From positions 1,561-65,560 of IMG/VR virus record IMGVR_UViG_3300014204_000018: a stretch of 64,000 bases of DNA; one strand, written 5' to 3'. The notes under the pieces are model-generated. The model worked only from the letters and a program-made list of their open reading frames with translations. It was not told the DNA's origin and did no database searches. The stretch comes from a virus (Duplodnaviria > Caudoviricetes). The translations under genes and the position numbers were made by a program. This document shows, piece by piece, positions 17,994-26,774 of the stretch. Every line of letters begins with the position of its first letter. Position 1 is the first letter of the stretch.

Positions 17994-19433
17994 ATGAAAA
18001 ACGACGCGAAGAACATTGTCAATTATTTGAGAGCAGGCTTTTCTTGTTTTTGGGTAGTAACACAAGAACCGCATCGGGTTGACAAAGAAGTAATGGAATT
18101 GATTACTTCATATCAACCGAAAAATGGCGAACAATGGAAAGTACTTCCTTGGCGCTGTTCTACACAAGACAGAGATATGCAAGACCCTGCTAAAGTCTTG
18201 CATCGTCTTGAATCAGAAGAACAAAGGACAGTTTATTTTCTACATAACTTTAACTGGTTTGTGGAAAAAAATAAACTTCTCGTTCAGATAGTTCAAGATT
18301 CTTTTTCTGTCTGGGCCAATCAAGGAAAAGCGATTGTAGTCATTTCGATGTCAGCTACGATTCCGATAGAGTTGCAAAAATATTTCACTTTATTGGAATT
18401 ACCTCTTCCCGACGACGATGCGTTAAAAAGTTGCTATGATAAAGCGACCGGAAACGCGCCGAAGGAAATGCTTCCAAAGACTGAATGCGAAAAGAAAAAA
18501 ATCGTTCAGGCAGCAAGAGGGTTGACAGCGAACGAAGCAGAAAATTGTTTTTCCCTGTCTCTTATAGAACATGGGAATTTGTCTGCTTCTACTATAAATG
18601 ATTACAAAGCGCAAACAATCCAAAAAAGTGGGTTCTTGGAAGTAATATATCCAAACAAAACTTTCCAAAATATTATTGGTTATAACGAGTTCAAGCAATC
18701 AATAAAAGAAAGTTTTAATGACCCGAGAACTAAAGGAAGTCTGTTAATAGGTGGCCCTGGGACTGGTAAAACGTCTTTGCTTTATTGTCTCGCTGGCGAG
18801 TTCAAACATACTTTGGTTCTGAAGGTAGTAATTGGAAAATTATTTTCAAAGTATGTAGGCGAGACGGATGCGAACGTTGACTATGTAATTCAACTTATCA
18901 GCCGTTTGGGTTCTAATGTTACTTTGATAATTGACGAGTTCGAGAAGCAGTTCGCAGGTGTCGGTTCTTCAGGAGAACATGACAGCGGTGTTAGTAAACG
19001 AGCAAATTCCCGCTGGCTTGAATTTTTTCAAGATAGACCGGAAGGTATTAAAGTATATGGTACGGCAAATTCTTTTAAAGGAATACCGCCCGAATATTTA
19101 AGAGCAGGAAGGTGGGATACAGCGCCGTATTATGTAGGTCTTCCAAACGTCGAAACGAAAAATGCAATCTTGCATTACTATCTTGATAAAAATGGAATTA
19201 AAAAACAAAGTAAAAAAGTTCCTGCTATGAACCGATGGACGGGGGCTGATATAGAAGCAATGGTTAATATCGCATCTATTAGAAATTTAAGTTTAACTGA
19301 TGCGGCAACTTTTATCAGACCCCAAGCAATAACTCATAAGGAAGAAATTGACGCGCTTGAAAAGTGGGCAGAAAGTAATTGCATTCCGGCTGAAAAGGCG
19401 ATCACTACTTCCAATAGAAAACTTGACGTTTAA
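17994..19433 (+). CDS. AAA+ ATPase, Ycf46/SpoVK-like
   Basis: GGPGTGKT Walker A, IIDEFEK Walker B, LFSKYVGETD, LRAGRWD, WTGADIE. Confidence 0.88.
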   Translation: MKNDAKNIVNYLRAGFSCFWVVTQEPHRVDKEVMELITSYQPKNGEQWKVLPWRCSTQDRDMQDPAKVLHRLESEEQRTVYFLHNFNWFVEKNKLLVQIVQDSFSVWANQGKAIVVISMSATIPIELQKYFTLLELPLPDDDALKSCYDKATGNAPKEMLPKTECEKKKIVQAARGLTANEAENCFSLSLIEHGNLSASTINDYKAQTIQKSGFLEVIYPNKTFQNIIGYNEFKQSIKESFNDPRTKGSLLIGGPGTGKTSLLYCLAGEFKHTLVLKVVIGKLFSKYVGETDANVDYVIQLISRLGSNVTLIIDEFEKQFAGVGSSGEHDSGVSKRANSRWLEFFQDRPEGIKVYGTANSFKGIPPEYLRAGRWDTAPYYVGLPNVETKNAILHYYLDKNGIKKQSKKVPAMNRWTGADIEAMVNIASIRNLSLTDAATFIRPQAITHKEEIDALEKWAESNCIPAEKAITTSNRKLDV

Positions 19434-19503
19434 ATCCCTTTAAGTCTTGTGCGGGGGCGCGAAAGCGCCCCGTAGGGAGTTCCGCTTGAAGCAAGAATCA
19501 AGC
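19431..19503 (+). ncRNA. permuted pistol ribozyme candidate, copy 4 (G19472/U19473)
   Basis: Identical to copy 3 over the structured region. Confidence 0.8.
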
Positions 19504-19535
19504 AAAACTAATAACCACTAATAAGGAGGAGAAAA

Positions 19536-20513
19536 ATGAAAGTAATCGGCGTAGGTAGTTCTTTTAAAGGTAAAAGCGTTCATTTGGTTTTAGGTCAACG
19601 AGAAGGCGTTAAAAAGAATCAATGCTTCTGTGACAAGAGAACCAAAAACTTGATTGTGCTACCAAAGTTAACTGTAGCAGACGTTACTTGTGCAAAATGC
19701 AAAAGGTCGAAGACATATAAAGAAATGCTGGATGCAATGAATGCAAGTAAACCAGTAAGGCCCGAACCTATAAAAGAACTACCAAAAAAAGTAGAAGAGA
19801 AACAGCAAGATTTACCTCTTGAAATAAAGAAGGAAAAAGAACTTAAAGAGCTAAACGAGTTCAAGCTTTATCAACAAACCGATGAAAAATTTTCTATCAG
19901 GCATGTTCCTTCTGATAAAATATTTTTCAAATCTCTTGATGAAGCACTCGCGATTGCTATTGTCGAAAAGCTAAACCGTTTAACGGTTGGCTGGGACGGC
20001 AAAGGTTCTATTCCGAAAGCCTTCCTTTCTTTGTGTCTTGATATTTTCAAGAAAGCGCATCAAGAATTATCTTTAGCACTTCCTGTTAAATATCAAGAAC
20101 GCGAAAAAGAATATGAAAAAAAAGATGAAGAACAAAAAGAGAAGGAAGAAAAAGCCGGACGTAAATTGACTCGGCGTGGTGTCAAGAAAGGCAAGGAAAA
20201 ATCGGAAATAAAAATTTCAAGAAGGGAAAAATATCTTGCGCGTTCTACGTCTCAAATAACAATAGCAAGACCGATTAAAAGAAGAACAAAAAATCCGACA
20301 CAACTAATTCGGTCACAACTTGTTAAAGGTAACACCTTCAGCGAACTTGTTTACAGTTTAATAAATGAGTTCGGGCTTTCTGAAATAAGAGCCAGAGCAA
20401 GGTTTAAGGCAATTATAAGAAAGCTATCAAGAGTTCAAGGAAGACGTATTGAACATACCTTTGGAAAAAATCACCTTGACGACTTCTACAAGTTTAAAAT
20501 TGAAAAAGAATAA
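19536..20513 (+). CDS. hypothetical protein with N-terminal Cys motif and charged coiled region
   Basis: H..C.C..C..C pattern (VTCAKC); RBS in the repeat element. Confidence 0.65.
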   Translation: MKVIGVGSSFKGKSVHLVLGQREGVKKNQCFCDKRTKNLIVLPKLTVADVTCAKCKRSKTYKEMLDAMNASKPVRPEPIKELPKKVEEKQQDLPLEIKKEKELKELNEFKLYQQTDEKFSIRHVPSDKIFFKSLDEALAIAIVEKLNRLTVGWDGKGSIPKAFLSLCLDIFKKAHQELSLALPVKYQEREKEYEKKDEEQKEKEEKAGRKLTRRGVKKGKEKSEIKISRREKYLARSTSQITIARPIKRRTKNPTQLIRSQLVKGNTFSELVYSLINEFGLSEIRARARFKAIIRKLSRVQGRRIEHTFGKNHLDDFYKFKIEKE

Positions 20514-20592
20514 ATCCCTTTAAGTCTTGTGCTGGAAGGTAGTAGAAATACTACCTTCCGTAGGGAGAACGGTTGACGGCAAGAGGTCAACC
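20511..20592 (+). ncRNA. permuted pistol ribozyme candidate, copy 5 (G20560/U20561; GCU instead of GCG)
   Basis: CCCU-UUAAG-UCUUGU-GCU-GGAAGGUAGUAgaaaUACUACCUUCC-GU-AGGG...GGUUGAC-gGCAAGAg-GUCAACC. Confidence 0.7.
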
Positions 20593-20618
20593 ATAACAAA
20601 CAACATAAGGAGGAGAAA

Positions 20619-20918
20619 ATGAAATTGCATGAAAAAATGAGGAAGTTTTCTGACGACGATTTTAAAGAATTTTCCGGGTGCCTGTCAAAAAGTCCTATGC
20701 TATGTAGAGAAGGTCTTGTCATTATAGATAATGGCAAGAAAATAACTGCTTCTATAATCCTTGACTTTGCAGAAATACAAATAGAAGCAGATGAATTTAC
20801 TCTATATAGAAAAATGATTCATAAGATAGCAGCTAAAGAACTAATAAATATGCTGCTTTCTTATCCTCCACTTAAAAAAAGTTATTATCTATCAGTCCTT
20901 AACTTTTCAGAAGTATAA
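20619..20918 (+). CDS. hypothetical protein
   Basis: RBS in the repeat element, 99 aa. Confidence 0.65.
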   Translation: MKLHEKMRKFSDDDFKEFSGCLSKSPMLCREGLVIIDNGKKITASIILDFAEIQIEADEFTLYRKMIHKIAAKELINMLLSYPPLKKSYYLSVLNFSEV

Positions 20919-20962
20919 AAGTAGATGTCAAATACAAAATCAACTTACGATAAGGAAAAAAC

Positions 20963-21124
20963 ATGCAACATATCTGTGATACTTGCAATAAGAAAAAAGA
21001 TGAAAAGAGAATGAAACGGTGTCCAAAGTGTAAAAAGTGGCATTGCAAAAATCATTACGGGAACGAAGAAGAATGTCATGTTTGTATATACTCGGAATTG
21101 TGCAATGCAATTAGAAGAAGTTGA
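20963..21124 (+). CDS. 53-aa Cys/His-rich zinc-finger-like protein (absent from ORF track)
   Basis: MQHICDTCN...CPKCKKWHCKNH...CHVC. Confidence 0.55.
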   Translation: MQHICDTCNKKKDEKRMKRCPKCKKWHCKNHYGNEEECHVCIYSELCNAIRRS

Positions 21125-21248
21125 AATAACCATTTAGAAGAAAGCAGTGAGTAGTAAATGAAATATCATACTGCCCTTCTCCTGTGAAAGGAGGAGGGCG
21201 GATATGGTGGTTCATTTAATACAACAACGACAACAAAAGGAGGAGTTG

Positions 21249-21458
21249 ATGAAGAAGAAGACAGGCTTGGATAAAGACCAAAAGGACTTTATAAAAAACA
21301 AGGTAAAAGAAATCGGCAGCCAGAAGGGAGTTAACAAGTTTTATTTTTCAGACGACGCCGTTTCAAAGTACGCAAAGTCAATTTCTGAAAAATTAAAACT
21401 GCCCGAAGGTATAGAAATAAAACGAAGAAAAAAGAAATGGAAAAATAAATCCCTTTAG
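21249..21458 (+). CDS. small basic hypothetical protein
   Basis: AAGGAGGAG RBS before ATG at 21249. Confidence 0.55.
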   Translation: MKKKTGLDKDQKDFIKNKVKEIGSQKGVNKFYFSDDAVSKYAKSISEKLKLPEGIEIKRRKKKWKNKSL

Positions 21459-21526
21459 GTCTTGTGCGGGGAAGCAGTAGTAATACTGCTTCTCGTAGGG
21501 AGTTCAGTCAAGAGCAAGAACTTGAC
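21446..21526 (+). ncRNA. permuted pistol ribozyme candidate, copy 6 (G21495/U21496)
   Basis: CCCU-UUAGG-UCUUGU-GCG-GGGAAGCAGUAguaaUACUGCUUCUC-GU-AGGG...GUCAAG-aGCAAGAa-CUUGAC. Confidence 0.75.
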
Positions 21527-21560
21527 AAAACTAATAAACAACTTAACCAAAGGAGGAGAA

Positions 21561-22430
21561 ATGAAAAAAGTTGATTTGAGAGAAGACGGCGTTTTGTGCT
21601 TATTGAGAATCGGTGTATGGCAGGCAAGGCATAATCTTGACGTTAAAAGAATTAACAAAGATGCGCCGCGAGAAATTCTACGCGCATCACAAAGTCTTTT
21701 AACTGATAGAAATGTTATCAAAGAATTTACTTCGGTAGCAAAAGAAGCTAAAAACTTTGTTATGCTTAATTCCGTACCGCATCCGATTCCGGGCATGACT
21801 TGGATACCTAAAGAAGATATTGTTAGGATAGACAAAAAACTTTCAGAAATTTCTGAGAGATATTCTTCTTTAGCTATGGAATTATCAAAAGGCATTGACA
21901 AAGAACGGGAAAAATATAAAAAGAAGTATCCCGAATATTATGATGCCAGTAGGTATCCATCGGAAAAAGAAATAATGAATAAGTTTTATATCCGCTGGCA
22001 ATTCTTTGAAGTTGATTTGCCTGGAAAATTAAAACTGGGTAACGCAAAAATCTATCAGAAGGAAAAGGAAAAGGCCGATAAGATAAAAAATGAAATAGAA
22101 GAAATGACCTTAAACCTTTTCGGGAATATGATCATTGCAAGACTAAATAAGCTAAATAGTCAATGCGATTCAGGCAAGACGAATCAAGGTACTATAAACG
22201 CCATAAACAAACTTCTCGAAAAATGGGAAAAACTTTGGTCGCCGCATATAGAAGAACAGAAATTTCGCATGGCAATGTTAAGGATAAAACGAGACATGAA
22301 AAGAATTTCTGCCGAACAATTAAAAACAAACGACGATCTAAGAAGTGAAATTCAAAAAAGAACAGAGGGGGTAATCAATAAAATTAAGAACGTACCTAAC
22401 TTTAGCTTGTATAGGTCATTAGATATTTAA
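21561..22430 (+). CDS. DUF3150-like helical protein
   Basis: True start likely 21561 (RBS in the repeat element); helical pattern recalled from DUF3150-type proteins that accompany phage AAA modules. Confidence 0.5.
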   Translation: MKKVDLREDGVLCLLRIGVWQARHNLDVKRINKDAPREILRASQSLLTDRNVIKEFTSVAKEAKNFVMLNSVPHPIPGMTWIPKEDIVRIDKKLSEISERYSSLAMELSKGIDKEREKYKKKYPEYYDASRYPSEKEIMNKFYIRWQFFEVDLPGKLKLGNAKIYQKEKEKADKIKNEIEEMTLNLFGNMIIARLNKLNSQCDSGKTNQGTINAINKLLEKWEKLWSPHIEEQKFRMAMLRIKRDMKRISAEQLKTNDDLRSEIQKRTEGVINKIKNVPNFSLYRSLDI

Positions 22431-22459
22431 ACGGTTGATATTACTTGCCATAAAAAATG

Positions 22460-22505
22460 TTGACAATACAAGGGATTGTATAATACAATCCCTTGTATTT
22501 GTCAA
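22460..22505. repeat. near-perfect 21-bp-arm palindrome
   Basis: ttgacaatacaagggattgta-taa-tacaatcccttgtatttgtcaa. Confidence 0.85.
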
Positions 22506-22534
22506 AAATAAAAAGTTTTGCGAATGGAGGAGAA

Positions 22535-22951
22535 ATGGAAGACGGATTGATAAGCTGCACCTATTGTGCTTTCTGTCCACCACTACCAAAAGACGAAAAA
22601 AGAATAGCATGTAGGCAAGCGGGAAAAAAGATAAGCAATGCAAGCTTAAACTGTGAACACTTTTCACCAAAGAAATATTTCTTTTGTAGAAAAAATAATC
22701 AATATTTAAATCAGGCAGTTTGTATTTCAAGAAGGTTGAACGTTGATTTAAATTCAACGTTCGATACTTGCAAAAAATGTAGACAATTTCCAGAAGTTTT
22801 TCATATCCTAAAAGCATTTGCTATTGATATTGAAAAGCGAGAAGAACCAAAAAGAAAAATTAAACGTAGGCACAAAAAAGTCCAAGTAAAAATTGAAAAG
22901 AAAATAACAAGAAGGAATAAACAAACGAGAAAAATCAAAAGGAGGAAGTAA
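22535..22951 (+). CDS. Cys-rich hypothetical protein with basic tail
   Basis: CTYCAFC, C..C motifs; GGAGG RBS before 22535. Confidence 0.6.
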   Translation: MEDGLISCTYCAFCPPLPKDEKRIACRQAGKKISNASLNCEHFSPKKYFFCRKNNQYLNQAVCISRRLNVDLNSTFDTCKKCRQFPEVFHILKAFAIDIEKREEPKRKIKRRHKKVQVKIEKKITRRNKQTRKIKRRK

Positions 22952-23320
22952 ATGTCAGGGAGAATTACAGAAAGTGATCTGTTTAATGCTGTAGCAGTTC
23001 TGTACGGGGAGTGGCTTTCAATCAATTCAACCGAAACGCGAGAAATTGACTCATCGGTTATACTACCGACAAAAATTCCCGACCCTGAAACAATCTATTT
23101 AAAAAAAGAGGCATTTGAAAATTTAAGCGACGAAGCAAAAGAAATAATTGACACCATATTAAACGGCCCCGAAGAAGTTTTACAATATTTTGCCAGTCCT
23201 ATTGAAAAGAAAATAAACAAGAGGAGAATTTTGGAGTATTATAAAGAAAAATGGTTCTCCCCATTGTTTGCAAAAGAAGCAGTAAAGGAAATTTCAAAGT
23301 GGGCAAAACATTTAAAATAA
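22952..23320 (+). CDS. hypothetical, possible sigma region-4-like regulator
   Basis: PDPETIYLKKEAFENLSDEAKEII resembles the segment preceding sigma70 region 4. Confidence 0.4.
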   Translation: MSGRITESDLFNAVAVLYGEWLSINSTETREIDSSVILPTKIPDPETIYLKKEAFENLSDEAKEIIDTILNGPEEVLQYFASPIEKKINKRRILEYYKEKWFSPLFAKEAVKEISKWAKHLK

Positions 23321-24693
23321 AAATTCTTGATTCAGTCCATTGCCAAGCAGACAGTCAAGCAAGGCAACTAATACTACCTTGCTTGACTGTTTCAACCGAA
23401 ACAAGAATAAGAACAGAAGAAGGTTTAAGGCCGGGCGTTAAACAGGAATATTTAATTTCTGGCTTTAAAAATACAAGTGGTTTATTCTTTACTGGACTAC
23501 TTCCAAGAGTAAAGAAATATATAAAAGCCAAAAAATTGCCGATAGTTATTAAAGGGAGGGAGGAGAAAATAAAGCCAAAACAAAAAATGCCGGTTCTTAC
23601 TGGTATAAAGTTTTGGACTCCCCAACTAAAAGCAATTAAAAAAGCTTGTCGAAAAGGCCGGGGGCAGATTGTTCTTCCAACAGGTAGCGGAAAAACAGTC
23701 ATTGCCCTCGGCCTTTTTTTTTGCTTTTCTTCCTGCGTCCGACTTTTCCTATGCCATACCAAAGATTTATATTATCAAACGATTGAAGAACTAAAAAAAT
23801 ATAAGTTTAAAAACGTAATAGAAATAAAGACAAACACAAATTGGAATGAAGTAAAGAAAGTTAAAAATCCAATTCTTATATCGCTGGTTCAGTCCTTTGC
23901 AAAAATAGATATTGACAACTACATTGATTTTCTTGACATGATAATTGTCGATGAAGTACATCATGTTAACAGCGAAAGAAGTCAATACGGAAAAATATTA
24001 CAATCCACTTTGGCCCCGCTAAGATTCGGTCTTACTGCTACACCAGACCCTAACACAAAAAAAGCAATGCTATCTGAAGGACTACTCGGCCCTGTTATTT
24101 ATAGGCTAACAACTGAAGAAGGCGTAAAAAACGGCATGATAGCAAAACCGAAAATCAACCTTGAGGTAGTACCATACGACGTAGAAATAAATAAGATATG
24201 CGCTTTCAAATATAAGAACTTTTACGATTATGGCATAATAAACAATCTGTATCGCAACAAAAAAATAATTGAAATCGCCCGTAAATGCTATAATGAAAAA
24301 GGAGCGTCTTTAATTCTAATAGAAAGGACTGAACACGGAGAGGTTCTTCAGAAATTATTTTTGAAAGCTGGAATAAAAGTTCCTTTTGTATTTGGAAAAA
24401 CGTCAAGCGTAGAACGGGCAAAGGTAAAAGAAGATTTACTATCAGGAAAAATCAGAATAGCTATCGCATCAAGAATATGGAAGGAAGGATTAAATATCCC
24501 AAACCTGACAAGCGTTATAAATGCTCATGGATATAAAGATGAAAAAGGAGTCATTCAAGTTTTAGGGCGCGGTCTTAGAAGAACCAAAACTAAAAAAGAA
24601 ATAGTACTAACAGACTTTCTTGACCCCTATAAATATCTGGCCGAACATACAGTTAGTAGAATACAAACATATCGGAGGGAAGGATGGATTTAA
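23299..24693 (+). CDS. superfamily 2 (DEAD/UvsW-like) helicase
   Basis: LPTGSGKT, IVDEVHH, GLTATP, EGLNIP, QVLGRGLR. Confidence 0.9.
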   Translation: MGKTFKIKILDSVHCQADSQARQLILPCLTVSTETRIRTEEGLRPGVKQEYLISGFKNTSGLFFTGLLPRVKKYIKAKKLPIVIKGREEKIKPKQKMPVLTGIKFWTPQLKAIKKACRKGRGQIVLPTGSGKTVIALGLFFCFSSCVRLFLCHTKDLYYQTIEELKKYKFKNVIEIKTNTNWNEVKKVKNPILISLVQSFAKIDIDNYIDFLDMIIVDEVHHVNSERSQYGKILQSTLAPLRFGLTATPDPNTKKAMLSEGLLGPVIYRLTTEEGVKNGMIAKPKINLEVVPYDVEINKICAFKYKNFYDYGIINNLYRNKKIIEIARKCYNEKGASLILIERTEHGEVLQKLFLKAGIKVPFVFGKTSSVERAKVKEDLLSGKIRIAIASRIWKEGLNIPNLTSVINAHGYKDEKGVIQVLGRGLRRTKTKKEIVLTDFLDPYKYLAEHTVSRIQTYRREGWI

Positions 24694-25469
24694 AAAAATA
24701 CGAGTACTTTAAAACAGAGTACGGAACTTTATACAATGGCGATTGCTTAGATTTACTTCCTTACATAAAACCCGTTGATTTAACCATTACCTCTCCACCT
24801 TATAACATGCAAGTAAAGTACAACCATATAAAAAAAAGATATGAAAGAAGGCATGAGCGAAAAGAGTTCTCCAAAAAATATGAATATTTTTATGACTGTG
24901 TTCTTCCAATAAAAAAATATTACTCCTTTCATAGAAAAGTTTTAAGCCTTCTAATAAACCTATCCAATACGGTTTTCTGGAACGTGCAATTAGTATCAGG
25001 AAATAAAGAAGCCGTTTTTAAAATCTTTGGTCATTTTTGTAAGAACATAAAAGAAGTAATTTTTTGGGATAAGATGATTTCAGAACCGGCGATGTTTCCT
25101 GGAGTAATAAATAAACAAGGAGAAATAATTACAGTCTTTGAAAAAGAAGGAAGGGGTAGAAAACTTAATTACCATAAGTTCAACAAAGGTACGCTTTCGG
25201 ATACTTGGAAAATTAAAGCGGATAGACAAAACAAAAAAATAAGAGCCTGTTTCCCAAAAGAACTGATAGTTAAAATTTTAAGTAATTGGAAGGCGCAAAC
25301 AGTACTTGACCCCTTCTCCGGTTCTGGACAAACTGGAGCAGTCTGTGAATACTATAAAATAAATTGGATAGCAATAGAAAAAGCAGAAAAGGCTTGTGAA
25401 ATAGCAAAAAGAAATATTTTTCTATCTTCAAGAAAAAGAAAATCAACTTTAACAAGAAGGACAATATAA
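24684..25469 (+). CDS. DNA amino-methyltransferase (beta class, N4-C/N6-A)
   Basis: TSPPY motif IV precedes VLDPFSGSG motif I. Confidence 0.88.
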   Translation: MDLKKYEYFKTEYGTLYNGDCLDLLPYIKPVDLTITSPPYNMQVKYNHIKKRYERRHERKEFSKKYEYFYDCVLPIKKYYSFHRKVLSLLINLSNTVFWNVQLVSGNKEAVFKIFGHFCKNIKEVIFWDKMISEPAMFPGVINKQGEIITVFEKEGRGRKLNYHKFNKGTLSDTWKIKADRQNKKIRACFPKELIVKILSNWKAQTVLDPFSGSGQTGAVCEYYKINWIAIEKAEKACEIAKRNIFLSSRKRKSTLTRRTI

Positions 25470-26383
25470 TGGAACTAAAAGACTTTTTATTAGAGTATGG
25501 CGTTGACTTTAGAGACAAGGGGAAGAACGTCAAACACGGATGGATTAATATTCAATGCACCTACTGTATGGATAAAAGTTTTCATCTTGGAATGAACCCC
25601 TTCTCCTTCCGCTGTAAATGCTGGCGCTGCGGCGATCATAATATATATCGGGCATTAGCTCTTGCTACCGATTTGACCGGAAAACAAATAAGAGAACTGA
25701 TACAAAAAAAAGATTCTCCAAATATAAAAAAGAGTAGAAGAAAAAAAGACAATGATATAATAACAATTTTGCCGCCCGAAGCGTCAAAGCGATTCTACCC
25801 TTGTCATTGGAATTTTCTAAAAGAAAAGGGGTTCGGAATTATGAGAGCAAGAAAAATCAAAAGGAAGTACAACTTACATGCTGTTCTTGCAGAAGGAATT
25901 TTCAGATATAGAATAATCATTCCAATTTACATGAATAAACGCCTTGTAGCATATACTGGAAGGTCTGTTATAAAAGATGAAAATGAACGTTATAAATTAT
26001 GTAGCACTCAAGATTGTGCTATTCATCCCAGTAAGCTGATATATAACTATGATTCGATAGTCGAAGAACGCAATGCAATCGCTGTAGAGGGGCCATCCGA
26101 CGTTTGGGCGGTCGGTGACCAGTCCTTTGCTGTTTTAGGTGTCGGAACGACGGCTGAGCAAGTTCTCATGTTAATGAAGAAAAAGATTAATAAGCTATTT
26201 ATATTTTTTGATAATGACCCACCCGGAAGACGTAATGCTTATTTCTTTTCAAGAGATATGGCACCAGTATGTAAGAAAGTAATTAAAATCAGATTTGAGG
26301 ATATTAAAAAAAATGACCCCGGAGAACTAACACAAATTGAAGTAGAAAAAATAAAGAAGGAGATTGGATTCTATGAAAACTAA
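25469..26383 (+). CDS. DNA primase (Zn finger + TOPRIM)
   Basis: CTYC..CWRC Zn finger; VEGPSD and FDND TOPRIM motifs. Confidence 0.85.
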   Translation: MELKDFLLEYGVDFRDKGKNVKHGWINIQCTYCMDKSFHLGMNPFSFRCKCWRCGDHNIYRALALATDLTGKQIRELIQKKDSPNIKKSRRKKDNDIITILPPEASKRFYPCHWNFLKEKGFGIMRARKIKRKYNLHAVLAEGIFRYRIIIPIYMNKRLVAYTGRSVIKDENERYKLCSTQDCAIHPSKLIYNYDSIVEERNAIAVEGPSDVWAVGDQSFAVLGVGTTAEQVLMLMKKKINKLFIFFDNDPPGRRNAYFFSRDMAPVCKKVIKIRFEDIKKNDPGELTQIEVEKIKKEIGFYEN

Positions 26384-26774
26384 AAAACTAAAAACAGCAC
26401 CAAAAAATAATTTACTGGAGAAAAAGCCAAGACCTTCTTTAATACCGCTTGACGTTTTAATTAAGCACTTATGCCCAGCTTATGAAGAAGGAATAATAAA
26501 ATATTCAAGAGAATCATGGCGAGAAGGTTTTTATGTTTCCGTTATGATTGATGCCGCATTACGTCATATATCTAAATTCTTTTATGAAGGCGAAGAATTA
26601 GACAAAGACGCTTTAAAGTTAGGAATTAAAAAACACCACCTTGGAGGCGCATTGTTTAGCATACTTTCAATTCTACATACTTTAGACACAAGGCCAGAAC
26701 TTGACGACAGGAGGATTATTTCTAATGATAAAAGAAATCGTAAAACTAATCGAAGAAATAGCAAAAGGACTTGA
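26373..26774 (+). CDS. dATP/dGTP diphosphohydrolase-like (DUF5664)
   Basis: GIIKYSRESWREG...AALRH...D...HHLGGA pattern. Confidence 0.7.
   Translation: MKTKKLKTAPKNNLLEKKPRPSLIPLDVLIKHLCPAYEEGIIKYSRESWREGFYVSVMIDAALRHISKFFYEGEELDKDALKLGIKKHHLGGALFSILSILHTLDTRPELDDRRIISNDKRNRKTNRRNSKRT

Noticed and set aside
16814-21526. Simple intrinsic terminators in the repeats
   Set aside because: The GC hairpins lack a following U-tract (except partly copy 1) and sit within a conserved pseudoknotted frame
16496-21560. CRISPR array or integron attC sites
   Set aside because: Units are about 105 nt separated by whole genes, not 30-40 nt spacers; no cas or integron integrase gene; no RYYYAAC/GTTRRRY ends; covariation and the pseudoknot point to RNA structure
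26373-26774. 2-aminoadenine (Z) genome system
   Set aside because: A purine dNTP diphosphohydrolase-like gene is present but no PurZ was recognised in the window
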